The translations under genes were made by a program, and so were the position numbers. The notes below the pieces were generated by a model. The model saw nothing but the letters and a program-made list of their open reading frames with translations. It did no database searches and was not told the DNA's origin. A DNA stretch of 24,188 nucleotides from IMG/VR virus record IMGVR_UViG_3300049138_000227, positions 1 to 24,188 of that record. The stretch is one strand, 5' to 3'. This stretch comes from a virus (Duplodnaviria; Caudoviricetes). Below, one piece after another: positions 16,333 through 24,188 of the stretch. Every line of letters starts with the position of its first letter. The stretch's first letter is position 1.

Positions 16333-17568
16333 ATGACGATGGTGACGGGCAAGCTGATCGGACCGTCCGACCCGACGCGTGTGGAGGTGACGGCCACCCT
16401 CGTGGACGTGACCGGCGCCAGGGTGGTCGGATACGTCGCCAGCCTCGAAGGTGAAGTCGTACGCCCCGTCCGGATCACGCCCGCCTCCGACGGAACCTGG
16501 TCGGCGGACCTGGTCGCCAATGCGTTGGTCGAGTCACCAGCGGGGGACACGTTGTGGGAGGTGATGGAGGGCCGCGCCCTGGACGGCACTCCGGTCGTCA
16601 CGCACATCCTGGTCCCGGAGGCGGGCGAGTGGTGGGTGGGCGACGTGCGGGTCGCCCTGTCCGACGGCCCGACGGAGCCCGGGGCGGTCGTCTTCGTGCC
16701 CGGCCCGCCCGGAGCCGCCGGCGTTGACGGAGCTGAGGGAGCGTCGGCGTACGACATCTGGCTCGCCGCCGGGAACATCGGTACCGAGGCCGAGTTCCTC
16801 GCCTCCTTGCAGGGAACTGACGGTGTGGACGGCGCACCGGGCCCCGCACGGCCCGGCCTGCTCACCACCGTCGGCCAGCCAGACAACACGATCGGGATCG
16901 ACGGCGACTGGGCCCTCGACGCAGGCGCCCGACGCCTGTACGGGCCCAAGACCGCCGGCGCGTGGACGCCGTGGCTGCACATCCCGCCCCCGACCGAACC
17001 CGGCTGGCAGCTCAACGGCTTCGCGGCGCTCACCGGCACAGACCTGTACCTCACCCACGCCGCCGACGGGTTCGGCTCCGGCACCTGCTGGCGCACCAGC
17101 CTCGAGCCCGCCGACGGCCTCGACGTCACCTTCGAGTGCGAGATGTCCGGCGGCACTGGCGCCGACGGCATCACCTTCGCGCTCGCCGACCCTGCCGACA
17201 CCGCGGCCACCTTCCAGGGCGGCGGGGGAGGCGAACTCGGTCTCGTCGGCTGCACTTCCCTGGCGGTCGCCTTCGACACCGGCGCCGGGTCCCGGGCCCG
17301 GATCGTCACCACCAGCCCCACCACGATGACCACCGTCGCCACATACGGAGGCACGCTCGCCCTGCGCGCCGCGCCAGTCCTGGTGCGCGTCCGGTACGCA
17401 GCCGGCGCCATCTCGGTGTGGGCCGACAGCGTCCTCCTCTTCGACCAGGTCCCGGCGGCCGTGCCGGAGTCGGTGCGGGTGGGCTGGACCGGGTCGAACG
17501 GCGGCGCCAACGACGACCACATTGTGAGGAACGTGAAGTTCGTGGTCGCAGGCGGCATCGAGCTCTGA
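16333..17568 (+). CDS. Fibre-like protein with short collagen segments and a C-terminal L-type (legume/ConA-like) lectin domain
   Basis: ATG 16333 after GGAG. GASAYDIW...GTEAEFLASLQG fibre motif. Lectin motifs WQLNG, GADGITF, GGELG, AVAFDT and VGWTGSNGG...HIV. Confidence 0.75.
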   Translation: MTMVTGKLIGPSDPTRVEVTATLVDVTGARVVGYVASLEGEVVRPVRITPASDGTWSADLVANALVESPAGDTLWEVMEGRALDGTPVVTHILVPEAGEWWVGDVRVALSDGPTEPGAVVFVPGPPGAAGVDGAEGASAYDIWLAAGNIGTEAEFLASLQGTDGVDGAPGPARPGLLTTVGQPDNTIGIDGDWALDAGARRLYGPKTAGAWTPWLHIPPPTEPGWQLNGFAALTGTDLYLTHAADGFGSGTCWRTSLEPADGLDVTFECEMSGGTGADGITFALADPADTAATFQGGGGGELGLVGCTSLAVAFDTGAGSRARIVTTSPTTMTTVATYGGTLALRAAPVLVRVRYAAGAISVWADSVLLFDQVPAAVPESVRVGWTGSNGGANDDHIVRNVKFVVAGGIEL

Positions 17569-17716
17569 CCGTCTGAGCAGGGCGGTTGTCCTACATAAAG
17601 TCACCGCAAATAACCGGGCCTTGCGCGTTTGAGCGCTGCGCCCCATCGCGCCTCGAGCCTGTGCGGGTCACCGCCCCTCAGCAGCCACCACAGGGAACGA
17701 CTGGGCGGCGTGGCCG

Positions 17717-17722
17717 TAGCCT
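17717..17722 (+). promoter_or_regulatory. Candidate -10 box (TAGCCT) for a leaderless dcd transcript
   Basis: TANNNT hexamer 6 nt before GTG 17729, with no SD sequence. Confidence 0.5.
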
Positions 17723-17728
17723 CGCCGT

Positions 17729-18304
17729 GTGCTGCTCTCCGACCGTGACATCGAGGCCCAGATCGCTGATGGCCGTATTCGTATCGCCCCGTACGAGCCG
17801 GCGCTGGTGCAGCCGGCGTCGCTGGACGTCCGTCTGGACCGCTCGTTCCTGGTGTTCGAGAACCATCGGTACGCCTGCATCGATCCGGCGGTGGATCAGT
17901 CGGACATGACGCGGTTGGTGGATGTGGCTCCCGGGGAGGCGTTCGTGCTGCACCCCGGGGAGTTCGTCCTCGCGTCGACGTACGAGCAGGTGATGCTGCC
18001 GGATGACGTGGTGGCCCGCTTGGAGGGCAAGTCGTCGCTCGGGCGCCTGGGTCTGATCACGCACTCCACCGCGGGGTTCGTCGACCCCGGCTTCTCCGGG
18101 CACGTGACGCTCGAGTTGTCGAACCTGGCCACGTTGCCGATCAAGCTGTGGCCGGGCATGAAGATCGGGCAACTCTGCTTCTTCGCCTGCTCGTCGCCGG
18201 CCGCGGCCCCGTACGGTGCGGGAGCGGCCGGGTCCCGGTACCAGGGGCAGCGCGGGCCGACCGCGTCCCGCTCCCACCTCGGCTTCCACCACACGAAGGT
18301 GTGA
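17729..18304 (+). CDS. dcd: dCTP deaminase (trimeric dUTPase-fold Dcd)
   Basis: [69 protein letters not shown] and YQGQRGPT motifs. Confidence 0.96.
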   Translation: MLLSDRDIEAQIADGRIRIAPYEPALVQPASLDVRLDRSFLVFENHRYACIDPAVDQSDMTRLVDVAPGEAFVLHPGEFVLASTYEQVMLPDDVVARLEGKSSLGRLGLITHSTAGFVDPGFSGHVTLELSNLATLPIKLWPGMKIGQLCFFACSSPAAAPYGAGAAGSRYQGQRGPTASRSHLGFHHTKV

Positions 18305-18369
18305 CGCCGGATTCGGTTTCGCCGATGGCTTCCCATACGGTCTCTGCATCGCCCTTGGGAAGGAGCCCG

Positions 18370-18711
18370 ATGCCCCGCAGCGAAGGTAAGGTGCAGGCCC
18401 CGCCAGCGGGCATCGTGTGGATCAAGGACTACAGCAGCAGAGACGGCTCGGTGCTCATCCCCGGAATTGCCACCCGGCTCGGCATTAGCCCCAGTACGTA
18501 CCGCAAGTGGCGGATGCGCAACGAGGGGCCGGTAACTTTCATCATCGGGAAGAAGGTCGCCGCCAGGATCGACGCCGTCGAGTCGTTCCTGTTGGACCTG
18601 CATGAGACCGCAGTTCGCGAGGTGGCGCAAAGGGCCGAGGACGCCGCCTCCTGCGGACGGCCTCCGGAACCTCGTACGCCGAAGGCGCGAACGCGAGGGG
18701 GACATTCATGA
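18370..18711 (+). CDS. AlpA/MerR-like HTH DNA-binding protein
   Basis: ATG 18370 with GGAAGGAG RBS. IATRLGISPSTYRKWRMRNEGP...IGKKV pattern. Confidence 0.7.
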   Translation: MPRSEGKVQAPPAGIVWIKDYSSRDGSVLIPGIATRLGISPSTYRKWRMRNEGPVTFIIGKKVAARIDAVESFLLDLHETAVREVAQRAEDAASCGRPPEPRTPKARTRGGHS

Positions 18712-19001
18712 CCGTGCCCGAGGCGCCTAGCGTGCCGCGCCCGTTGCAGATCCGACCGGGCATCCCGGCGCCCTCCACCGTCGAAGGCGAGCTATTCCAC
18801 TACACACCGGCCGAGGCCGCTAAGTGGCTCCCGTTCTCGGCCAGGATGCTTCGGGAGATGGCCTACCGGCGGGAGATCCCCCATGGGAATGGCGGCAATC
18901 GGATCAGCTTCGCCGGCCTGCACATCCGGGCCATCACTGAGCAGTTCACCGTCGAGGTCCTGCCCGAGTCGAAGCGCGCCGCACCCCGCGGGCGCCAGTA
19001 G
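18708..19001 (+). CDS. Excisionase-like HTH protein
   Basis: ATGA overlap. YTPAEAAKWL...ARMLREMAYRREIPH...GNRISF pattern. Confidence 0.7.
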   Translation: MTVPEAPSVPRPLQIRPGIPAPSTVEGELFHYTPAEAAKWLPFSARMLREMAYRREIPHGNGGNRISFAGLHIRAITEQFTVEVLPESKRAAPRGRQ

Positions 19002-19041
19002 CGGCAGCATGCCCGCCCCTAGGAGGCTGGACCAGAACCGA

Positions 19042-19443
19042 CTACGGCTTGCCCTTCTTGAGCATCCGCTCCAAGGAGGCCAAGACCTGTTCTTCCGTCG
19101 CCCTCTGCTCGTCGCTGAGCTCCGCAGTGGCGAGCTTGGCCCGTAGCTTGTCTACCGCGGCCTGGAGGATTGGCCCCTGGTCGGGGGCTTCGGGGTGCGG
19201 AATCTGCGGCTCGCGACTGCGTCGGCGCTCCGCGAACTGCTCGCGGGTGATGTACCCCTCGCGATATGCCTGTTCCCATCCGGCTTCGATCTCGTCGTCG
19301 TTGGGGTCCTGCTCGCGGAAGTCGAGTTCCCAGGCGTCTGGGTCGTCGATCGGTTCGGGTTCGGCGAAGGGGTCCGGATCGTAGGAGAGTCCGTAGTCGG
19401 GGCTGTGGGGCCCGTACTCGGATTCGTTGCTGCTGTAGGTCAT
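19042..19443 (-). CDS. Hypothetical acidic protein (133 aa)
   Basis: ATG 19443 with GGGGAGG RBS. D/E/P-rich N-terminus and helical C-terminus. Confidence 0.7.
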   Translation of the reverse strand: MTYSSNESEYGPHSPDYGLSYDPDPFAEPEPIDDPDAWELDFREQDPNDDEIEAGWEQAYREGYITREQFAERRRSREPQIPHPEAPDQGPILQAAVDKLRAKLATAELSDEQRATEEQVLASLERMLKKGKP

Positions 19444-19532
19444 GGCGGCCTCCCCATTACGCACCAGACGGTGGTCTGAGCCTACCCACGAGCGGCGTCG
19501 CCTTCATCCGGCCAGCCGTATCCTGACGTGCA

Positions 19533-19567
19533 GATGCCCCAGCCCGCTTCGCTCGGGCTGGGGCATC
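19533..19567 (-). terminator. Perfect 14-bp hairpin terminating the leftward small-gene operon
   Basis: GATGCCCCAGCCCG-cttcgct-CGGGCTGGGGCATC, just beyond the stop at 19581. Confidence 0.75.
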
Positions 19568-19580
19568 GCGGCAAGCCTGG

Positions 19581-19898
19581 TCAGCGTGCGAGGTGCCACC
19601 CGACAGGGCAGGTACGCCGCATCAGGTCAAGGACCCACTGAGGGGTCCAGTGAACACCGCCGGGGAAGACGACGTCCTCCAGCCGGTCGGTCAGGGTCCC
19701 ATCGCGGTCACGCCACTTGCCGAACACCCGGGCCTCGCCGTGGCACTCCGTCTTTCCGGGGAACCGGGTCAGCTTGATGCGCACGCCGCTGGGCACGATG
19801 TGACCGACGTCGTACGGCAGCGGGACTTCGGGGGCTCCGTCCGGCAAGGTGAAGGTATACGTCCGGAACTCGGACTCGTGGACAGCGTTCACCGCCAT
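19581..19898 (-). CDS. Hypothetical phage protein (105 aa, MAVNAVHESEF...)
   Basis: ATG 19898 preceded by GAGGG within the repeated junction motif. Confidence 0.7.
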   Translation of the reverse strand: MAVNAVHESEFRTYTFTLPDGAPEVPLPYDVGHIVPSGVRIKLTRFPGKTECHGEARVFGKWRDRDGTLTDRLEDVVFPGGVHWTPQWVLDLMRRTCPVGWHLAR

Positions 19899-19909
19899 GG
19901 TCGTAGCCC

Positions 19910-20203
19910 TCACTGCTCTGTGGTGGTGTCGGGTAGGGGGATGTCGGATGGCAATACCATGCCGAGGTACTCGACTGCGGCCGCTCGCTGCACCACGATC
20001 AGGTCGATCCCCAGCCCCGCGGCAATGGCCGCCATGAGCGGCGGGTTGACCTTCACCGCCTGGCCTGTCGCGATCCGCCACAGGTGATTCGCGCTGGGCT
20101 GGTAGCCGGTTACCGGGTCGACGGCGCGCTGGTGCAGTGCCTCAAAGGTCAGTGGTCGGCCGGTCCCTGCGTGCGCGGCCACCAGCTCCCTGAGAGTCAG
20201 CAC
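19910..20203 (-). CDS. XRE-like HTH DNA-binding protein (97 aa)
   Basis: GTG 20203 after GAGGG. LTFEALHQRAVDP.TGYQPSANHLWRIATG...MAAIAAGLGI pattern. Confidence 0.65.
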   Translation of the reverse strand: MLTLRELVAAHAGTGRPLTFEALHQRAVDPVTGYQPSANHLWRIATGQAVKVNPPLMAAIAAGLGIDLIVVQRAAAVEYLGMVLPSDIPLPDTTTEQ

Positions 20204-20214
20204 AGTCGTGGCCC

Positions 20215-20373
20215 TCACTGCTCGGTGGTGTCGAGCTTGTCGGCCTCGGCTCGCAGCGCTGCTGCCTTCTCCAGCCACATCCGCTCGTCGTCGGTCCGGG
20301 GACCGGCGGTGACGGGCGGCACACGGCTCTCCAGCTCTGCGGCACGGGCGCGCAGTTCGTCGGGGGTGCTCAT
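20215..20373 (-). CDS. Hypothetical protein (52 aa)
   Basis: ATG 20373 after GAGGAG. Fills the space between two junction repeats exactly. Confidence 0.7.
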   Translation of the reverse strand: MSTPDELRARAAELESRVPPVTAGPRTDDERMWLEKAAALRAEADKLDTTEQ

Positions 20374-20384
20374 GGTCGTGCTCC

Positions 20385-20951
20385 TCACTTCACGGTGGTG
20401 CGGTAGGTGGCGCTGCCAGGGTCGGTCTTCTCCAGGAGGCCGGCGGCGGCGAGGTCGCGGAGGATCTGGCGGGCCCGCTTGTCGGTGACCTCGTGTCCGG
20501 CGTCGCGGAGAGCTGCGACCGCCAGGCCGGTGTTCCACTCGCCCCCGAAGGTGCGGACCGCGCTCTCGAGGACCTGCTTCTGCGTCGCCGGACGGGCAGC
20601 CGCCTCGGGGTCCTTACGGTCCCGGGGGCGGGAGTAGGCGTCCAGAACTCGGTAAAGGCGGGACGGCGGGAAGCCCGTGGCGATGGCCGTGGCCTTCCGG
20701 TCGGCGTGGGGGCTGGTGTCGTCGGCGGCGATGATGACCAGCTCGCGGAACTCTTCCAGATGTCGGATGAGCCGGCTGGTCTGGGCGGCCGTCTCGTTGA
20801 GGTCGTCGAAGTCGGTGGCCTCGGTAGGGGGTTCGACCTCGCGGACGTTGCGGAGGCCGTCGAGGATGGCGGCCGCCAGGTCGGGGGTGACGTTGGCGGC
20901 GGTGCCCTTCGGCTGGTCGCCGGCGGTGACGGTGAGGTGAAGGCGGCGCAT
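20385..20951 (-). CDS. Hypothetical DNA-binding protein (188 aa; HTH-like middle, winged-helix-like C-terminus)
   Basis: ATG 20951 coupled (TGATG) to the upstream gene. RKATAIATGFPPSRLYRVL and DKRARQILRDLAAAGLLEK motifs. Confidence 0.65.
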   Translation of the reverse strand: MRRLHLTVTAGDQPKGTAANVTPDLAAAILDGLRNVREVEPPTEATDFDDLNETAAQTSRLIRHLEEFRELVIIAADDTSPHADRKATAIATGFPPSRLYRVLDAYSRPRDRKDPEAAARPATQKQVLESAVRTFGGEWNTGLAVAALRDAGHEVTDKRARQILRDLAAAGLLEKTDPGSATYRTTVK

Positions 20952-21172
20952 CAGGCGTCGTCCTCGTTCTCGACCAGGGTGTAGCTGCCGCCGACTCCCG
21001 AGTTGGACAGCGCGGTGGGGAACAGCTCCTTGCTGAAGTGGTCCTCCTTCTCGTCCTCGGTCATCGCCTCCCACTTGGCGCGGTCGACGTAGAAGTCCTC
21101 GGTGTACTCGTTGCGGGGCGGGATCTCGATGGTGACTCGGATGGTCACGTCGTCCGCCGTCTCTTCGGCCAT
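20951..21172 (-). CDS. Hypothetical acidic protein (73 aa), probably leaderless
   Basis: ATG 21172, 7 nt below a -10 box. Reads MAEETADDVTIRVTIEIP...WEAMTEDEKE. Confidence 0.7.
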   Translation of the reverse strand: MAEETADDVTIRVTIEIPPRNEYTEDFYVDRAKWEAMTEDEKEDHFSKELFPTALSNSGVGGSYTLVENEDDA

Positions 21173-21179
21173 GATGCAT

Positions 21180-21208
21180 ACGCTACACGTATCGCGTTCG
21201 CTACACAA
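21180..21208 (-). promoter_or_regulatory. Sigma70-type promoter TTGTGT-N17-TAGCGT overlapped by an 8-bp direct repeat
   Basis: -35 at 21208-21203, -10 at 21185-21180. CGCTACAC occurs at 21181-21188 and 21199-21206. Confidence 0.7.
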
Positions 21209-21376
21209 GGAATCGAGAGGGACGGATCTCGCGAGAAACGGCACCGCGCTCAGGATCGTTCCTGGCGAAGAATCGGAAGCCGCCTCCGCTTCGCGACTCT
21301 CGAACGGCGGCCCGGATGCCGGGTCCTGATGCGGGATAAGCTCACATCTCATGCCCAACGCCCCGGAGGCCCGCGC

Positions 21377-21610
21377 ATGTACATCGACCCGCGACTGCTT
21401 GAGATCGACCGCAACTCCGACGAGAGGGAGCCGACCGAGGTTGCCGCAGACCAGATGGCGGTCATCGTCGACAACCTGATGGCTGGCTACTTCCTCAACC
21501 CGCAGCGCACCGACGCCATGCTGCGCCGGGACGGCTTGACTAAGTCCGCCGATCATCTTGTCGAGTTGTTCGGACCGGAGTGGTGGCAGCGCGTCGGGAG
21601 CTCGGGATGA
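21377..21610 (+). CDS. Hypothetical protein (77 aa)
   Basis: ATG 21377 with GGAGG RBS and GC3-rich codons. Divergent from the leftward operon. Confidence 0.65.
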   Translation: MYIDPRLLEIDRNSDEREPTEVAADQMAVIVDNLMAGYFLNPQRTDAMLRRDGLTKSADHLVELFGPEWWQRVGSSG

Positions 21611-21846
21611 TCTCCCACGTAATAATTTCCCGCGTACGCCTCAGATGCGCCCAGACCGGACGCCACCTCAGCTGCTCCGTCCAATGGCCGGCCGAAGGCG
21701 CCGATCCTTAGGATCGCTCTGACAGCAGAATCGAACGCGTCGAACAATTCCCCCTGCTGATGGCCTTGTCAGGGGCATCAGAACGTCTCACTCCAGATAA
21801 TGTTCCTTCTATGGAGCCAAACTCTGAGGTGGGGGAGACGCGTGCG

Positions 21847-22350
21847 ATGAGAGTCGTCATCGACAAACTGGAGCTGGACCTGCCGGCGCTTCCGCGCCCC
21901 GGCGACTACGTCTCCTACCAAGGAGACCCCCGGGAAGTCACCGCCGTCACATGGGTCATCCCGGAACGGGGACGCGGCGGACAGCAGCCGACCGCCGACG
22001 ACGTCGTCGTCCACGTCCAACTGTCCGCCGACTGGCGCGAGGGGAAGACCGACGCCGAGCTCCACGCCATGCGTGCACACCCAGACTTCGAGTACGCCAC
22101 GACCGAGGGCCCTCGCAAGCAGTGGGACGACGTGGGCACCCCACCGGCCGATGACAACGGCAACCCAGATCCGACGTGGGAACGCAACACCGATGCAGGC
22201 CGGGACGGCTGGGATCGCTTCGACTACACGGAGGCGTCTTACTGGCGGCGCCGGCGGCGGAAGGGGCCGGCCGGGACCAAGCCTCCAGCCGGACCCAAAG
22301 GCCCGGTGGGAGTAGAGGGCGAACTCGCCCCGGACTACGAGGAGAACTGA
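21847..22350 (+). CDS. Hypothetical phage protein (start may instead be ATG 21811)
   Basis: ATG 21847 with GGGGGAG upstream. Trp/Asp-rich C-terminal domain. A GATAAT -10-like hexamer at 21796-21801. Confidence 0.65.
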   Translation: MRVVIDKLELDLPALPRPGDYVSYQGDPREVTAVTWVIPERGRGGQQPTADDVVVHVQLSADWREGKTDAELHAMRAHPDFEYATTEGPRKQWDDVGTPPADDNGNPDPTWERNTDAGRDGWDRFDYTEASYWRRRRRKGPAGTKPPAGPKGPVGVEGELAPDYEEN

Positions 22351-22355
22351 CGACC

Positions 22356-22712
22356 GTGAACGCGTGCGTGTTCTGCGAGATTGTCGCCGGGCGGGCGCCG
22401 GCCACCGTCGTATGGGAGTGGGACGACGCCCTGGCGCTCGTGCCACTCGGGCCGGTCGTCGACGGGCACACCCTCGTCATCCCGAAGCAGCACGTCGCCG
22501 ACTTCGGCGAGGACCCCGACGTGTCCGCCGCCACCATGCGGCGCGCCGCCGAACTCGCGGCCGGTGACCGCCCGATGAACGTCATCACCTCCCGCGGCCG
22601 CGAGGCCACCCAGTCCGTGTTCCATCTCCACCTGCACCTGGTGCCCCGCGCTGCGAACGACGGCTTGGCGCTGCCCTGGTACAGCGGACACACCCGGCGT
22701 CGAACAGCATGA
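22356..22712 (+). CDS. HIT (histidine triad) family nucleotide hydrolase
   Basis: GTG 22356 after GAGGAG. CVFC, GHTLVIPKQH and QSVFHLHLHLVPR motifs. Confidence 0.92.
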   Translation: MNACVFCEIVAGRAPATVVWEWDDALALVPLGPVVDGHTLVIPKQHVADFGEDPDVSAATMRRAAELAAGDRPMNVITSRGREATQSVFHLHLHLVPRAANDGLALPWYSGHTRRRTA

Positions 22713-23857
22713 CCGAGCACGACGAGATCGTGGACGCGGAGCTGGTCGACGACGAGCGGCTCCCCGCCATCCCCGAAGACCGGGCCCCCGCCATCCGGCA
22801 GGAGGACGAGGACCCTGACGCCTGGTTGCCCCCGGAGGCGCAGGCCGACGTCCAGGCGGGCATCCCCCGGGACACCAGCCGAGCGTACGAAGGCGACATG
22901 CAGCGCTTCGCCGAATGGTGCGCCACGGTCGGCCGGCGTGTCATGCCCGCAGCCCCCCAGACGGTCACCGCCTACCTCTCCTACCTGAAGCGCACTCCCC
23001 GCCCGAAGACGGGTCGGCCGTACGGACCGGCAACGATGGACCGGATCATCGCCTCCATCCGCTCCTCCCACCGTGCAGCCGGGTTCGAGCCGCCCGACAC
23101 CATGGGTGCCCGCAAGGTTGTCGCCGGGTACCGGGCCGAGCTGTCCGAGGCGCAGGACCCCGCGGCGGAACCGAAGAAGGCGAGCCCCGCCGACCGGGCC
23201 GTACTCCGTGAGGCCCTCGAACAGCTCGACCGCCGCACCCTGGTCGGCAAGCGGGACGCCGCGCTGATGCTGCTCGGTCATGCCCTCGCCTCCCGTGGCA
23301 GCGAGCTGGCGCCGCTGGACTGGCCGGCCAGCTTCACCGAGCTCCCCGAGGGCGGGTTCCGGGTACGGGTGTACCGGAAGAAGCGGAAGAAGTGGCAGCC
23401 CGTCGAGGTGCTACCGGACCCGGAAACGGACATGTGTGCCGTGGCCGCCGTCCGGGACCTGGTCGCCGCCCTCGCCCGCGAAGGCCACCACTCCGGCCCC
23501 TTGTTCCTGCGCATCGACCAATGGGGGTACATGGGGGCGGAGATGACCCGCAACGGGCAGCCGGTAGGCGACCCGACAGGCCGGATCAGCATCAACGGTG
23601 CCTCCGACGTCGTCACCCGGTCCATCCGGCGCACCGGCCTGCCTGGCAGGTGGCGGTCCCACTCGCTGCGCCGCGGGTTCGTGAAGTCCGCCCGGGACGC
23701 CGGCGTGGACATTGTCGACATCGGCCGCCACGGTGGCTGGGACGACCGGTCGAAGGCCCTCATCGGCTACATCGACGAGGAGGCCAGCACCGGCGAACGG
23801 AACCCGCTGGCACAGATCGCCAAGAAGGCGACCCAGCAGGCAGAGGAGCAGGCGTGA
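22709..23857 (+). CDS. Cre-like tyrosine recombinase with an N-terminal SAM-like domain
   Basis: TSRAYEGDMQRFAEWC N-domain. Catalytic motifs RDAALMLLG...SRGSEL (R), HSLRRG (HxxR), RHGGW and LIGY (Y). Confidence 0.88.
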   Translation: MTEHDEIVDAELVDDERLPAIPEDRAPAIRQEDEDPDAWLPPEAQADVQAGIPRDTSRAYEGDMQRFAEWCATVGRRVMPAAPQTVTAYLSYLKRTPRPKTGRPYGPATMDRIIASIRSSHRAAGFEPPDTMGARKVVAGYRAELSEAQDPAAEPKKASPADRAVLREALEQLDRRTLVGKRDAALMLLGHALASRGSELAPLDWPASFTELPEGGFRVRVYRKKRKKWQPVEVLPDPETDMCAVAAVRDLVAALAREGHHSGPLFLRIDQWGYMGAEMTRNGQPVGDPTGRISINGASDVVTRSIRRTGLPGRWRSHSLRRGFVKSARDAGVDIVDIGRHGGWDDRSKALIGYIDEEASTGERNPLAQIAKKATQQAEEQA

Positions 23858-24171
23858 CGAGCACGGAGCGGAGCAGCACGGACATCCGTCCGTTGCTGGA
23901 CGAGATGCTGTCCGTGGCACGGGAGGGTGTCGCCCGCGCGGGCTGGAAGTTCGGGGATCCGGACGAGAAGCTGCTGCTGCCCGTCATCGGCGCGCTGACG
24001 GTGTTCTTCGGTCAGCGGCTTCATTTGGACCGGGCGCCCGTGGATGAGGAGGGCGTGCGCGCTGAGGTGGCGCGGGAGCTGCGTGAGGCTGCGTCCCGTC
24101 ATCCGGTGGGGACGGCGCGGCATGGCGCGTTCATGGAGGCGGCACGGTTGGCGGAGCGGGGGGCTCGGTGA
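23854..24171 (+). CDS. Hypothetical protein (105 aa)
   Basis: GTG 23854 with GAGGAG RBS and GTGA overlap with the recombinase stop. Confidence 0.6.
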   Translation: MTSTERSSTDIRPLLDEMLSVAREGVARAGWKFGDPDEKLLLPVIGALTVFFGQRLHLDRAPVDEEGVRAEVARELREAASRHPVGTARHGAFMEAARLAERGAR

Positions 24172-24188
24172 CAGGGCGCACGTATAGG

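Larger units (their letters stand above)
19899..20402 (-). repeat. Three copies of a ~30-bp gene-junction repeat (19899-19931, 20205-20233, 20374-20402)
   Basis: Minus strand: cgacaccaccacagagcagTGAgggctacgaccATG / cgacaccaccgagcagTGAgggccacgactGTG / ccgcaccaccgtgaagTGAggagcacgaccATG. Confidence 0.8.
1..24188. mobile_element. Part of a temperate siphovirus/prophage (or phage-plasmid) of a Streptomyces-like host; neither end is visible
   Basis: Contiguous head-tail, tail, lysis and accessory modules. No att site or host boundary recognised. Confidence 0.9.

Noticed and set aside
10361-17646. Other long opposite-strand ORFs (10361-12361, 13126-14043, 15717-17558, 16534-17646)
   Set aside because: Shadows of well-supported + strand genes with no recognisable protein features.
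17729-18304. dCTP deaminase as an anti-phage nucleotide-depletion system
   Set aside because: Defence dCTP deaminases are Zn-dependent cytidine-deaminase-fold proteins fused to a kinase-like domain. This is the housekeeping dUTPase-fold Dcd.
19899-20402. Junction repeats as a CRISPR array or attC sites
   Set aside because: Only three degenerate, non-palindromic copies separated by whole genes of unequal length, and no cas genes.
21553-21747. 64-aa minus-strand ORF with a TTG start
   Set aside because: It overlaps the better-supported 21377-21610 gene, the SD spacing is poor and there are no motifs. It cannot be supported, though not excluded.
1-24188. tRNA, rRNA or att sites
   Set aside because: None recognisable by eye. 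Intergenic gaps are short and no prophage boundary is visible.

Overview
A very GC-rich actinobacterial segment (Streptomyces-like, judged from codon usage and a host-like dcd) of a temperate siphovirus or prophage. The + strand late operon runs: 5'-truncated MuF/SPP1-gp7-like minor head protein with a 259-aa intein, head-tail joining genes, major tail protein, tail assembly chaperone with a -1 frameshift site, tape measure protein, four minor tail genes, endolysin, an Endonuclease VII-type HNH gene, holin, two membrane proteins (one collagen-like), and an L-type-lectin-domain protein. Then come dcd, two HTH genes, a leftward cluster of small genes joined by a repeated linker, and a rightward operon with a HIT protein and a Cre-like tyrosine recombinase. 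The standout is the intein (702-1478). It has no recognisable endonuclease in its own frame. Instead, an HTH + DUF559/Vsr-like nuclease gene (768-1418) lies entirely inside it on the opposite strand, with candidate -10 and RBS signals embedded in the intein's C-terminal splicing motifs. All family calls come from reading motifs by eye; no database search was run.
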